Shown here one piece after another: positions 10,950 through 20,162 of a stretch of 64,000 nt of DNA (position 1 is its first letter; each line of letters opens with the position of its first letter). Below the pieces are notes generated by a model. The model was not told the origin of the DNA and ran no database searches. It saw nothing but the letters and a program-made list of their open reading frames with translations. The position numbers and the translations under genes were made by a program. This stretch comes from Gemmatimonadales bacterium. GTDB taxonomy: Bacteria > Gemmatimonadota > Gemmatimonadetes > Gemmatimonadales > GWC2-71-9. Location: the NCBI GenBank assembly GCA_035299765.1, contig DATGVZ010000014.1, forward strand, positions 11,888 to 75,887. The letters run 5' to 3'.

Positions 10950-11980
10950 TAGCCGTCAAAGATACTCGCCTGCTCCGCGGATTTTGGTGGAACAAAGCCG
11001 AAGTGCCGATATGCGGCCGGCGTGGCGACCCGCCCCCGCGGCGTCCGCGCCAGAAATCCCTGTTGCATCAGAAACGGCTCGTACACCTCCTCGAGCGTGC
11101 CCGGATCCTCGCCGACCGCCGCGGCGACGGTTTGCACGCCGACGGGCCCGCCCTCGAACATTTCGATGATGGCCTTGAGAATGCGCGCGTCCATGTCGTC
11201 CAGTCCGAACTCGTCGACATCGAGCCGCCTCAACGCCTCGCCGGCGACCGCGGATGTGATCTTCCCACCCGCGCGCACCTGCGCGTAGTCGCGCACGCGC
11301 TTCAGCAGCCGGTTCGCGACGCGCGGCGTGCCCCGGCTGCGCCGCGCGATCTCGGCGAGTCCGGCGGCGTCGGCCGCCACACCGAGAATTCCGGCCGACC
11401 GGGTGATAATCTGCACCAGATCGTCGGGCGGATAATAATGAAGGCGCTCCACCAGTCCGAAGCGCGCGCGCAGCGGCGGTGTCAGCAGGCCGAACCGCGT
11501 CGTCGCACCGATGAGCGTGAACCGCTCGAGCTGCATCGGCAGTGTCTGCGCGTGCGGGCCATCGGCGATGCGCACGTCGACGCGAAATTCTTCCATCGCC
11601 GGATAGAGAAACTCCTCGAGCGCCGGCCGCAGCCGGTGCACTTCATCTATAAAGAAAATATCGCCCGCCTTGAGCGAGGTGAGCATCCCCACGAGGTCGC
11701 CGGGACGCTCGAGCACCGGACCCGACGTCGTGCGGATATCGACGCCCAGCTCTTTCGCCATGAGCAGGGCGAGCGTGGTCTTGCCGAGCCCGGGCGGGCC
11801 GAAGAACAGCGCATGATCGAGCGGCTCCTTGCGCTGCTTGGCCGCGTCGATGGCGATCTGGAGCGACTCTTTGACCTTCGACTGGCCGACGAACTCGTCC
11901 AGGCGCGATGGGCGCAGCGCGGCATCGGTCAGGCGCTCGTTCTCGAGCGCCTCGGGCGTCGTTATTTCCGAGCGAGCCAT
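10949..11980 (-). CDS. ruvB: Holliday junction branch migration helicase RuvB
   Basis: 343 aa. [12 protein letters not shown], Walker [10 protein letters not shown] and FIDEVHRL. Confidence 0.96.
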
Positions 11981-12174
11981 TTATCCGATCGTCTGCTTTT
12001 GGCTTGCGCGCGCCAGCGCACGGGTCGGCTGTCGGCCTCGATCACGTGGAGCGTGTGGCAGCGGAGGCACACATCCTCCGCACGTGTAGCGCCGACGGGC
12101 ACGAGCCGCCGGTTCGTCGAGCCACAGCGCGTGCAGATCCATTCGGCCGTGACTTCTAGTGGTGGTCCAGTCAT
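11962..12174 (-). CDS. small zinc-ribbon protein (hypothetical) between ruvA and ruvB
   Basis: 70-aa ORF with CTRC..(18)..CLRC. ATGA overlap with the ruvA stop and a 19-nt overlap with the ruvB start. It fills the only would-be spacer in an otherwise gap-free operon. The central codons are G/C-ending like neighbouring genes. Confidence 0.55.
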   Translation of the reverse strand: MTGPPLEVTAEWICTRCGSTNRRLVPVGATRAEDVCLRCHTLHVIEADSRPVRWRAQAKSRRSDKWLARK

Positions 12175-12764
12175 CGGGTTGTGAGAATCTGGAGTGCCCG
12201 ACGCACTAGCGCTTCGGTCTCGCCGCTTGCTCCACCGTTCCCCGCCAAAGCCTGCCGGATCGCCCGATCCGCCTCGGGCGTCGCGTATCCCAGGCGCTCT
12301 AGTGCCTTGAGCGCGGCTTCGCTCCCAGCTGGCGGCGCGGCGGACGGTGTTTCGGTAAACTCCTCGACCTTCTCGCCCAGCTCGAGCGCGAGTCGCTCGG
12401 CGGTTTTGCGGCCGATCCCGTTTACCGATGAGAGCAGCGCGATGTTTTTCTCCCGCAGCGCCCGCGCGCCGCGTTCGACGCCAAGCGCCGACAACAGGGC
12501 GATTCCGATCTTGGGCCCAACGCCCGTGACGCTCGTGAGCCGCTGGAAAAAGCGGCGCTCGGTTTCGTCCAGGAATCCATAGAGCGCCCAGCCGTCCTCA
12601 CGCACGACGAGCTCTGTCGCGAGCGTGACCTCCGCTCCCGGGGAGGGCAGCCGTTCCATCACACCGAGCGGCACGACGACTTCGTAGCCGACACCGCCGG
12701 CGGTTTCGACCACGACGCGGTCGGCGGATTTGGCGGCGAGGCGGCCGCGGAGCTGCGCGATCAT
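12171..12764 (-). CDS. ruvA: Holliday junction DNA helicase RuvA
   Basis: 197 aa. MIAQLRG..GVGYEV N-terminus and HhH motifs (VTGVGPKIG, VNGIGRKTAERL). Confidence 0.94.
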   Translation of the reverse strand: MIAQLRGRLAAKSADRVVVETAGGVGYEVVVPLGVMERLPSPGAEVTLATELVVREDGWALYGFLDETERRFFQRLTSVTGVGPKIGIALLSALGVERGARALREKNIALLSSVNGIGRKTAERLALELGEKVEEFTETPSAAPPAGSEAALKALERLGYATPEADRAIRQALAGNGGASGETEALVRRALQILTTR

Positions 12765-13276
12765 GTCCTCACGCCCTGCCCCCCTCTCCGTTCCGGAGAG
12801 GGGGAACGAAGGATGAACGTCAGTGCGGCCGCGACGCCGTCGGCGGCATCGGCAGGCTGAGGTGCGTTCTTCAGCCGCAGAAGGTGGGCCACCATTGCGC
12901 CGACCTGATTCTTTTTCGCCCCTCCGGCGCCAACCACAGTCTTCTTGATCATCGCCGGTGCATACTGGGCGATATCGAGCCCTTGTTGTTGCGCGGCGAG
13001 CAGGATAACCCCGCGCGCATGTCCGAGCACGAGCGTGGTACGCACGTTCTTATGATAGAAGGCGTCTTCCAGGGCAAGCACCGATGGCTGGAGGCGTTTG
13101 ATCAGTTTGGCGATTTCGTGATGCAGCTCGGCAAGACGGTGAGGCAGCGAGTTACCCCGTTCAAAGCGGAAGACGCCACATTCGATGAGTCGCCCCATCC
13201 CGGGAGTGCCGTTCCCCGTTTCGATCACGCCGTAGCCGGTGATCGCCGTGCCGGGGTCGACGCCCAGGACCCTCAC
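12761..13276 (-). CDS. ruvC: crossover junction endodeoxyribonuclease RuvC
   Basis: 171 aa. MRVLGVDPGTAITGYGV start and the RNase H-like catalytic pattern. Confidence 0.94.
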   Translation of the reverse strand: MRVLGVDPGTAITGYGVIETGNGTPGMGRLIECGVFRFERGNSLPHRLAELHHEIAKLIKRLQPSVLALEDAFYHKNVRTTLVLGHARGVILLAAQQQGLDIAQYAPAMIKKTVVGAGGAKKNQVGAMVAHLLRLKNAPQPADAADGVAAALTFILRSPSPERRGGQGVRT

Positions 13277-13277
13277 G

Positions 13278-14024
13278 TCATCCCGTCACCGCCGCCATCG
13301 CCTCGGCGTCGATGTCGAAGTTGGAAAAGACCTTCGCCACGTCGTCCATCTCTTCGAGGCCTTCGACGAGCTGCAGCAGGCGCTTGGCGTCGCTGCCCTC
13401 GACCTTCACGGTGTTCTTGGGAACCATCGCGATCTCCGCGCTCTGCACCGGCAGCTGCTTGCTCTTCAACGCCTCCTGCACTGCATGGAGCTGCGCGGCG
13501 GGCGTGGTGATCAGGTAGATGTCGCCCTCGGTCTCCATGTCTTCGGCGCCGGCGTCGAGGGCGGCCTCCATCGTGGTGTCCTCGTTCGCCTTCGCATCCA
13601 CTACGATCTGTCCTTTGCGATCGAACATCCACGCGACGGCATTGGTGGCGGCGAGGTGGCCGCCGTGGCGCGTGAAGACGTTGCGGATCTCGGCGACGGT
13701 GCGATTCGCGTTGTCCGTCGTCACCTGAATCAGCAGCGCGGCGCCGCCGGGACCGTATCCTTCATAGGTCACCTCTTCGTAGGTGACGCCGTCGAGCTCG
13801 CCGGTGCCCTTCTTGATCGCGCGATCGATGTTGTCCCACGGCATGTTCTCGGCTTTGGCAGCGTCGATCGCCGTTCGGAGACGCGGGTTGCCGCCGGGAT
13901 CTCCGCCCCCCTGCTTTGCCGCGATGGTGATTTCGCGGATCAGCCGCGTGAAAACCGCGCCGCGCTTCTGGTCCGTGACCGCCTTTTTGCGCTTGATCTG
14001 TTTCCACTTGCTGTGACCGGCCAT
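13278..14024 (-). CDS. YebC/PmpR family DNA-binding regulator
   Basis: Start at ATG 14024 (MAGHSKWKQIKRKK..) with GGAGG 6 nt upstream. Classic yebC-ruvCAB neighbourhood. Confidence 0.92.
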   Translation of the reverse strand: MAGHSKWKQIKRKKAVTDQKRGAVFTRLIREITIAAKQGGGDPGGNPRLRTAIDAAKAENMPWDNIDRAIKKGTGELDGVTYEEVTYEGYGPGGAALLIQVTTDNANRTVAEIRNVFTRHGGHLAATNAVAWMFDRKGQIVVDAKANEDTTMEAALDAGAEDMETEGDIYLITTPAAQLHAVQEALKSKQLPVQSAEIAMVPKNTVKVEGSDAKRLLQLVEGLEEMDDVAKVFSNFDIDAEAMAAVTG

Positions 14025-14052
14025 GGGGCGCCTCCGCAATGCAACTTATAAC

Positions 14053-14082
14053 TTGACCCGCGCGCGGCGCCACAGGTAGCAT
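14053..14082 (+). promoter_or_regulatory. sigma70-type promoter candidate TTGACC-18-TAGCAT, 8 nt before ATG 14091 (leaderless)
   Basis: Hexamers and spacing read directly from the sequence. Confidence 0.45.
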
Positions 14083-14090
14083 TCCCGCCC

Positions 14091-14495
14091 ATGTCGCGCG
14101 CACTTCATGTTGCGATGCTGCTCGCATTGCTCGCCGGCTGCGAGCGCCCAGGCGAGAATACCGCTCAGACTCGAAAACTCGCCGGCAAGGCGCTGAGCGG
14201 CACGCTCGCCTATCCGCGCTCGACCCTCGTCAGCGTCTCGGCCGGGGAAGAGGCGGCGCAGCTCGTGCTCTCGTCGCCCGATTCGATGAAGGAAGTGGCC
14301 GACTGGTTCCTGCGCGCGCTGCCGCTGAACGGCTGGGACGTGAAGCGGACAGTCAGCGACGGCAAAGGTGGGGTGACGATCTACGCAGAGCAGGGGAAGC
14401 GGCCGCTGTGGCTGACGTTGCATCCCAACGTGGGCGGCCCGGGCACGTCCTACACGATGATCGGCGTCGTTCCGACGGATTCCACGAAACGGTAG
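14091..14495 (+). CDS. hypothetical lipoprotein
   Basis: 134 aa. Signal peptide with lipobox LLAGC. No recognisable family. Confidence 0.6.
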   Translation: MSRALHVAMLLALLAGCERPGENTAQTRKLAGKALSGTLAYPRSTLVSVSAGEEAAQLVLSSPDSMKEVADWFLRALPLNGWDVKRTVSDGKGGVTIYAEQGKRPLWLTLHPNVGGPGTSYTMIGVVPTDSTKR

Positions 14496-15368
14496 TTATT
14501 GCGGGTCGAGCATGTCCTCGAAGCGCATCCAGCGGCGGTAGAAGTAGAGATCCACGAAACCGGTCGGGCCATTGCGGTTCTTCGCGACGATCAGCTCCGT
14601 CGCCCCATCCACACCGCCGCCCGGGTTGTACATCTCTTCGCGGAAGATCGAGAGCACCACGTCCGCGTGCTGCTTGGGTGCGCCCAGCACGCCGTAATCG
14701 TCGAGCGTCGGGCGTTTGTCGGGGCGTTCCGCCTGAAAGCGCGGCAGCTGCGAGACGACGAGAAGAGCGACTTGGCGTGCCAGCGCCAGCGCCTTGAGGT
14801 GACGGAGCACGAGAGCGGTGTCCTCATCCTGCGTCGTGCGCGCTTTGGGCGATGGAACGAGTTGTAGATAGTCCACCACCACCAAACCGATCTGTCGCAG
14901 CGGATCGAGCCGCTCGAACGCGGTCTCGAAATCCTCACCGGCTAACGGCAGAAACGTGAGTGGCAAACCGCGCAATCGTACGGCCGCGCCGCCGATGCCG
15001 GCGCGCGCCTGATCGTTCAGTTTCGCGCCGCGCAGCTCATCGACGGCCACTTTGCCTTCGATGGCGAGCGCGCGCTCCATGAGCCGCTCTTCATTCATCT
15101 CACCGGACAGGAACGCCACGCCGAGCGACTGCTGCGCTACGCGCAGCGCGATGCCCAACGCAAGCGCAGACTTGCCGCTGCCGATGTCGCCGCCCAGCAG
15201 GATCAAGTCGCGCCGCCGCATCCCGCCGCCCAGCACCTTGTCGAGCGAGCCGAAGCCGGTGGGGACGGTGTCGCCGGTGATCTCGCCGGGACGCTGTGCA
15301 TCCACGCGCTCGACGAGCGCGTCGAGCGAGGGGGGGCGCTTTTCGAATCGGCGGGCTGGAGAAGGCAT
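14496..15368 (-). CDS. DnaB-helicase C-terminal (RecA-fold) domain protein lacking the DnaB N-terminal domain
   Basis: 290 aa. PTGFGSLDKVLGGG, Walker A GGDIGSGKS, Walker B VVVDYLQL, SQLPRFQAERPDKRPTLDD and AKNRNGPTG all parallel DnaB C-terminal motifs. Nothing corresponds to the N-terminal globular domain or linker. Confidence 0.75.
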   Translation of the reverse strand: MPSPARRFEKRPPSLDALVERVDAQRPGEITGDTVPTGFGSLDKVLGGGMRRRDLILLGGDIGSGKSALALGIALRVAQQSLGVAFLSGEMNEERLMERALAIEGKVAVDELRGAKLNDQARAGIGGAAVRLRGLPLTFLPLAGEDFETAFERLDPLRQIGLVVVDYLQLVPSPKARTTQDEDTALVLRHLKALALARQVALLVVSQLPRFQAERPDKRPTLDDYGVLGAPKQHADVVLSIFREEMYNPGGGVDGATELIVAKNRNGPTGFVDLYFYRRWMRFEDMLDPQ

Positions 15369-15371
15369 GGT

Positions 15372-15740
15372 CTATAAATGCAATCTGGCGGTGCGCGCGG
15401 CAACGGTGACGGCATCCGCCGCCTCCGCCCCGAGCACATCGCGCGCGGGCGCCGCGAGCTGGCTGAGCACGAGCGCCGCGGCGTCCGGGGTAGACGTCTC
15501 CAAATGCTGCCGCGCCGCGACCAGCGCGCGCTTGAGTGGAGCGGGAAGCGCGAGGCTGCCGAGCCGCGATTCGAGCGCCTGCAGGCGACGCCGGTGGTTC
15601 CTGGCGCTCACCGGGGCCGGGGGCAACAGTGCTTCCGCGGCGCGCACGACGAGCCAGAGCGCGAACAACCCCTCGCGCTGCGGGCCACGCGCCGATTCGG
15701 CGATCAGCGTGACGAGCCGTTCCTCGGCGGGCGAAGTCAC
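15372..15740 (-). CDS. hypothetical protein (Ala/Leu/Arg-rich, predicted helical)
   Basis: Start set at GTG 15740 (GTGA overlap with the GT9 stop). 3-nt gap to the DnaB-C-like gene. No family recognised. Coding status rests on position and coupling. Confidence 0.45.
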   Translation of the reverse strand: MTSPAEERLVTLIAESARGPQREGLFALWLVVRAAEALLPPAPVSARNHRRRLQALESRLGSLALPAPLKRALVAARQHLETSTPDAAALVLSQLAAPARDVLGAEAADAVTVAARTARLHL

Positions 15741-16726
15741 GCGACGAGCTTCTGCACGGCGGCCGCCACCTGCTCGGGCACGATATCGACCAGACAGCGA
15801 TGATGTCCCAGCGGACACCGCTCCGTCCCCATCGCGGAACAGGGCCGGCAGGCGAGCTCGCGCTGGACCACGGTGGCGCGTGCCTGGTAGGGAAAGAATC
15901 CGAACGCTTCGACGGTCGGCCCGAACAGCGCGACGACCGGCGTTCCGACTCCCGTCGCCATGTGCATCACCCCGGTATCGCCGGACACCACCACGGCGGC
16001 GCGTTCCAGGCAGGCGCCCGTCTGTTGCAGCGTCAGCTTACCCGCGGCGTTTACGACGCCGGCGCCCAGCTCCGTGACGAGCGCTCGATCGTCCGGTCCG
16101 CCGACGGCGACGAGCCCATACCCCATTTGCCGCAGCCGATCCGCCAGCGCGCGCCAGTGATCGAGCGGCCAGCGTTTCGTCGCGTGCGCCGCGCCGGGCG
16201 CGATCGCCGCGAGCGGCCGGTCGAGTAGTCGGTGTTCGCCAAGCCACTGTACCATCCGCTCGCGGGGCTCTGGCGCGAGAAAGAATTCGGGAGGCTTGCC
16301 ATCGGGCTGCACGTCGAACGCGCGCGCGGCTTCGAAGTACCGCTCGGGCACGGGGACGCGCTTCCCATAGAGATCGATGTGCGCCGCGATCAGCGCGGTG
16401 CGCGCGATTTTGCGTTTCGAGTAGCCGGACCAGCGCGTGCGGACGAGCAGCCGCAGCGCCGCGCTGCGCAGGCTGCCGTGCAGGTCGAGGCCGTGGGTTG
16501 GCTCGAGCGCGCGCAGTCGCCGCGCCAGGTTCGTGATTCGCTCGCCCGGCTCGAGGGCGACGACCGCGGTGAGATGGGGATTGTTCTCCACGAGCGGCGC
16601 CATGGAGCGCTTCGTGACGAAATACAGCTCGGCGTCGGGATGGCGACGCTTCAATGCGCGCAACAAGGGGGTGGTGAGCAGAACGTCGCCGATGGAGCTG
16701 AACCGCACGCACAGGACACGCGACAC
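15737..16726 (-). CDS. glycosyltransferase family 9 (LPS heptosyltransferase-like)
   Basis: 329 aa. RFSSIGDVLLTTPLLRALKRRHPDAEL N-terminus, ..GDTGVMHMA.. and a C-terminal Cys cluster typical of GT9. Confidence 0.88.
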   Translation of the reverse strand: MSRVLCVRFSSIGDVLLTTPLLRALKRRHPDAELYFVTKRSMAPLVENNPHLTAVVALEPGERITNLARRLRALEPTHGLDLHGSLRSAALRLLVRTRWSGYSKRKIARTALIAAHIDLYGKRVPVPERYFEAARAFDVQPDGKPPEFFLAPEPRERMVQWLGEHRLLDRPLAAIAPGAAHATKRWPLDHWRALADRLRQMGYGLVAVGGPDDRALVTELGAGVVNAAGKLTLQQTGACLERAAVVVSGDTGVMHMATGVGTPVVALFGPTVEAFGFFPYQARATVVQRELACRPCSAMGTERCPLGHHRCLVDIVPEQVAAAVQKLVA

Positions 16727-16746
16727 GCGGCCAATGTAGTCGCGCG

Positions 16747-16775
16747 TTGCCCGGCTTCGCCAGCGGGACTAGCTT
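16747..16775 (+). promoter_or_regulatory. promoter candidate TTGCCC-17-TAGCTT, 9 nt before ATG 16785 (PorX-like/msbA operon)
   Basis: Read directly. On the opposite strand TACATT (16738..16733) sits 6 nt before the GT9 GTG start. Confidence 0.45.
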
Positions 16776-16784
16776 GTCACGACG

Positions 16785-18356
16785 ATGCCGCGTCCGAAAA
16801 GCATTCTCTGGGTTGACGACGAAGTCGACGGGTTGGCGGCGCATCGCCGTTTTCTCGAGCAGCAGGGGTTCGCGGTGGCGCAGGCGGCGCACGGCGACGA
16901 CGCGCTCGCCATGTTGCGCCGCCAGCCGTACAGCATCGTGCTGCTCGATGAGCAGATGCCGGGCCGCCGCGGGCTCGACCTGCTGCCCGAGATTCGCGCG
17001 ATCGACCCCGCGATGGCCGTCGTCATGGTCACGCAGAGCGAGGACGACGCGCTGCTGCGTGACGCGATCGGCACCCAGATCGACGATTACCTCGTCAAGC
17101 CGGTGCATCCGCGCCAGGTGCTCTCGGTCGTCACGCGGCTCCTCGAGGGCGCTCGCATACGCCAGCAACGCCTCGCGCGCGACTTCGTCACCCGCTTCCG
17201 CGAGCTCGAGGGACGGCGCGGCGCGGCGCTCGCGTGGCGCGAGTGGATCGAGCTGGTCGCCGAGCTGGCGCGGTGGGAGGTTCGGCTTGCCGCGGCGGAC
17301 GAACCGGGACTGCAGGAGGCGTTGCGCACCCTGCAACAGAGCCTGCGCAAAGACTTCTCGGGCTTCATCACCAAGCACTATCCGCGCTGGCTCGCCGATC
17401 CGGAGCGCGACCGCCCACCACTCTCGGTGGACGTCGGCGCGGAATTCCTCGTGCCGGCGTTGAAGCGCACCGGCCGCGTCGTGTTCATCCTCATCGACTG
17501 CCTGCGGCTCGATCAGTGGGAAGTGCTCCGCGACCTCGTGACACCGCTCTTCGACGTCGAGGAATCGCACTACTACAGCATTCTGCCGACCGCGACGCCG
17601 TTCTCCCGCAACGCGATCTTCAGCGGGATGTTTCCCATGGAGATCGCCGCTCGCCATCCGGAATGGTGGGGCCAACCGACCGACGAAGAGAGTCTGAACG
17701 CGCATGAGCCCGAGCTGCTGACCGAGCAGCTCCGGGAATTGATCGGTGAGCCCGTGCCCGTGCGGTACGAAAAGCTCTTCACCGCCGCCGACGGCGCCGA
17801 TCTGCTGCGGCGTCTGCCGGCGCATCTCGCGCAGCCAGGCGTCACCGCATTGGTCTTCAACTTCATCGATCAGCTCACGCACGGCCGCTCCGAGAACGCG
17901 ATCCTCTACGAAGTCGCGCGCGACGCCGACGCGCTCCGCGGCCTCACGCGCACCTGGTTCGAGCGTTCGCCGGTGCTCGCGGCGCTCCAGGAAGCCGAGC
18001 GGCGTAACGTGCCCGTGTTGCTGACGACGGATCACGGGTCGATTCATTGCGACACGCCCGCCACCGTATTCGCGAAGCGTGATGCCACCGCCAACCTGCG
18101 CTACAAGTTCGGCGAGGATCTGCGCGCCGAAGATCCGGAAGCCGCGATTACGGTGGAAGATCTGAAGTCGTTCGGTCTGCCGGCCAAGGGACTGGGTGTG
18201 CGGCTCCTGCTGGCGACCGGCGACCGTTTCTTCGTCTATCCCACCAAACTGCGCGAGTACCAGGCGCGCTATCGCGGCGCATTCCTGCACGGCGGCGCTA
18301 CGCCCGAGGAGATGATCCTGCCGGTCGCGCTGCTCACGCCGCGCGGCTCCCGCTAA
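16785..18356 (+). CDS. response regulator with receiver plus PglZ (alkaline-phosphatase superfamily) domain, PorX-like
   Basis: 523 aa. REC domain (ILWVDDE.., phospho-acceptor in VLLDEQMPG, LVKP), then a PglZ-type domain (FILIDCLRLDQWE, TTDHGS). Length and architecture match PorX. Confidence 0.8.
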   Translation: MPRPKSILWVDDEVDGLAAHRRFLEQQGFAVAQAAHGDDALAMLRRQPYSIVLLDEQMPGRRGLDLLPEIRAIDPAMAVVMVTQSEDDALLRDAIGTQIDDYLVKPVHPRQVLSVVTRLLEGARIRQQRLARDFVTRFRELEGRRGAALAWREWIELVAELARWEVRLAAADEPGLQEALRTLQQSLRKDFSGFITKHYPRWLADPERDRPPLSVDVGAEFLVPALKRTGRVVFILIDCLRLDQWEVLRDLVTPLFDVEESHYYSILPTATPFSRNAIFSGMFPMEIAARHPEWWGQPTDEESLNAHEPELLTEQLRELIGEPVPVRYEKLFTAADGADLLRRLPAHLAQPGVTALVFNFIDQLTHGRSENAILYEVARDADALRGLTRTWFERSPVLAALQEAERRNVPVLLTTDHGSIHCDTPATVFAKRDATANLRYKFGEDLRAEDPEAAITVEDLKSFGLPAKGLGVRLLLATGDRFFVYPTKLREYQARYRGAFLHGGATPEEMILPVALLTPRGSR

Positions 18357-20161
18357 TGGGCCACAGCGGCGCTCGGCTGTTGACGCTGCTGCGCCCCTAC
18401 AAGCTGCTGTTTGCCGCAACCATCGTGGCGACGGTCGTGTCGTCGATCCTCGATGGCTTCACCTTCGTCCTCCTGATTCCGTTTCTCCGGACGCTGTTTG
18501 GCAATGCCGCGTTGCCGGTGGAAGGCAGCACCCAGGTCGAAGTCGTGCTCAACAAGATCGCAGGACCGTTCCTCCAGGCCGGAGCGCCGGCAGTCGCGCT
18601 GCGCAACGTCGTCGTCGTCCTACTCGTCGCGCTGCTGCTCAAGAACCTGACGTCGTTTCTCGCGTCGATCGGCAGCGTGGCGATTCAGGAGAACGTCGTC
18701 CGCGACCTGCGGGTGCGCCTCTTTGCGCATCTGCAGACGCTGCCGCTCGGCTATTTCCAGCGCACCCGCGGCGGCCAGATCATCGCGCGCATCATCAGCG
18801 ATACGGATCAGGCGAAAACGGCCGTGAGCGCTGCCTTGGCCTCGCTGCTCCAGAACGTCGTCGTCATTCTCGTCTACGTCGTGATTCTCTTCGGGCTCTC
18901 GGTCCGGCTCACCTTGCTGTCGTTGCTGCTTGCGCCGGTGCTGCTGCTGATCATCCGGCCGATGATCAACCGGTTGCGCCGCCGCTCGCGCGAGCTGGCA
19001 GCCGAGCGGGGCGAGGTCACGAGCCACGTGGGCGAGATGATTGCCTCGGCGAAGCTGGTGCGCGCCTACGTCGCGGAAGCGTTCGAGCTGCAACGCTTCC
19101 GCGAGCTCGCGGAGCGGTATTGGAAGCGCGTTTTACGCGCGCAGCGCTACTCGAGCCTCACCGGCCCCGTGAGCGAAGTGTTCGGCGGGGTGATGATCGT
19201 GTTGATCCTCGTCGTCGGCACCCGGCTCGCGCTCGGCGCGTCGGCGACGCTCGATCCCGCGGTGCTGATCACGTTCCTCGCCGTCAGTCTGCGGCTGATG
19301 TCGCCGATCAAGTCGGTCTCGAACTACCCCGCGACCATGGCCGCGGCGGTCGCTTCGGCGGAGCGCGTGTTCGAGGTGCTCGACCTGCCATCCGCGGAGG
19401 GAGACCGCCCCGGCGAGACGACCGCCGAGTTCAACGAGCGCATCGAATTCCGCGGTGTGTCGTTCGAGTATGAGGCGGGGGAAGCCGTGCTGCGTGACGT
19501 CGATCTCGAAGTGCAGCGGGGACAGGTGGTCGCGATCGTCGGTCCGTCCGGTGCCGGGAAGACCACGCTCGTCGACCTGCTGCCGCGCTTCTACGAGCCG
19601 ACGCGCGGCGCAATCCTGCTCGATGGCGTCCCGCTGACGAACTACACGCGGACGTCGCTGCGGCGGCTGATGGGCATCGTGTCGCAGGAGACGGTGCTGC
19701 TCAACGACAGCGTGCTCGCGAACATCGCCTACGGTCTGAGGGACGTGCCGCTCGAGCAGGTACGCGCGGCCGCGCGCGCGGCGAACGCGGACGAATTCAT
19801 CATGCGCCTGCCGGAAAGCTACCGCACGCTGCTCGGTGAGCGCGGCACCCGGCTGAGCGGCGGCCAGCGCCAGCGCATCGCGATCGCGCGCGCGCTCCTG
19901 CGCGATCCGCCGATTCTGATTCTCGACGAAGCGACGAGCGCGCTCGACACCGAATCGGAGCGGCTGGTGCAGGAGGCCATCGAGCGGCTGATGGCGCATC
20001 GCACCGTATTCGTGATCGCGCATCGGCTCGCCACGGTGCAGCATGCGGACTTCATCGTCGTGCTGGCCGAAGGCCGGATCGTGGAGCGCGGCAGTCACGA
20101 CCATCTGCTCGTTGCGGACGGTCTTTACCGCCGCTTGTACAACCTGCAGTTCCGAACCTGA
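18356..20161 (+). CDS. msbA: ABC transporter permease/ATPase, MsbA-like lipid A exporter
   Basis: 601 aa. Six-TM domain plus NBD with GPSGAGKTT, LSGGQRQRIAIARA and ILILDEATSALD. TAATG overlap with the upstream regulator. Confidence 0.85.
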   Translation: MGHSGARLLTLLRPYKLLFAATIVATVVSSILDGFTFVLLIPFLRTLFGNAALPVEGSTQVEVVLNKIAGPFLQAGAPAVALRNVVVVLLVALLLKNLTSFLASIGSVAIQENVVRDLRVRLFAHLQTLPLGYFQRTRGGQIIARIISDTDQAKTAVSAALASLLQNVVVILVYVVILFGLSVRLTLLSLLLAPVLLLIIRPMINRLRRRSRELAAERGEVTSHVGEMIASAKLVRAYVAEAFELQRFRELAERYWKRVLRAQRYSSLTGPVSEVFGGVMIVLILVVGTRLALGASATLDPAVLITFLAVSLRLMSPIKSVSNYPATMAAAVASAERVFEVLDLPSAEGDRPGETTAEFNERIEFRGVSFEYEAGEAVLRDVDLEVQRGQVVAIVGPSGAGKTTLVDLLPRFYEPTRGAILLDGVPLTNYTRTSLRRLMGIVSQETVLLNDSVLANIAYGLRDVPLEQVRAAARAANADEFIMRLPESYRTLLGERGTRLSGGQRQRIAIARALLRDPPILILDEATSALDTESERLVQEAIERLMAHRTVFVIAHRLATVQHADFIVVLAEGRIVERGSHDHLLVADGLYRRLYNLQFRT

Positions 20162-20162
20162 C

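Noticed and set aside
16785-18356. The PglZ domain as a marker of a BREX or DISARM-type phage-defence system.
   Set aside because: The PglZ domain is fused to a receiver domain (PorX architecture). None of the other BREX genes (pglX methyltransferase, brxC ATPase, brxL, and so on) is nearby. The neighbours are LPS genes.
16038-18419. Very long alternative-frame or antisense ORFs. Examples: 793 aa at 16038..18419 (-), 530 aa at 30574..32166 (-), 430 aa at 19133..20425 (-), 419 aa at 36316..37575 (-), 411 aa at 34882..36117 (-), 485 aa at 60326..61783 (+).
   Set aside because: They lie opposite to or out of frame with genes that carry unambiguous family motifs (PorX-like/GT9, PBP1A, msbA, argG, GFO, M14). 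They translate to Arg/Ala/Gly/Pro/His-rich low-complexity sequence with no motifs. This is the expected shadow-ORF artefact of stop-codon-poor high-GC DNA.
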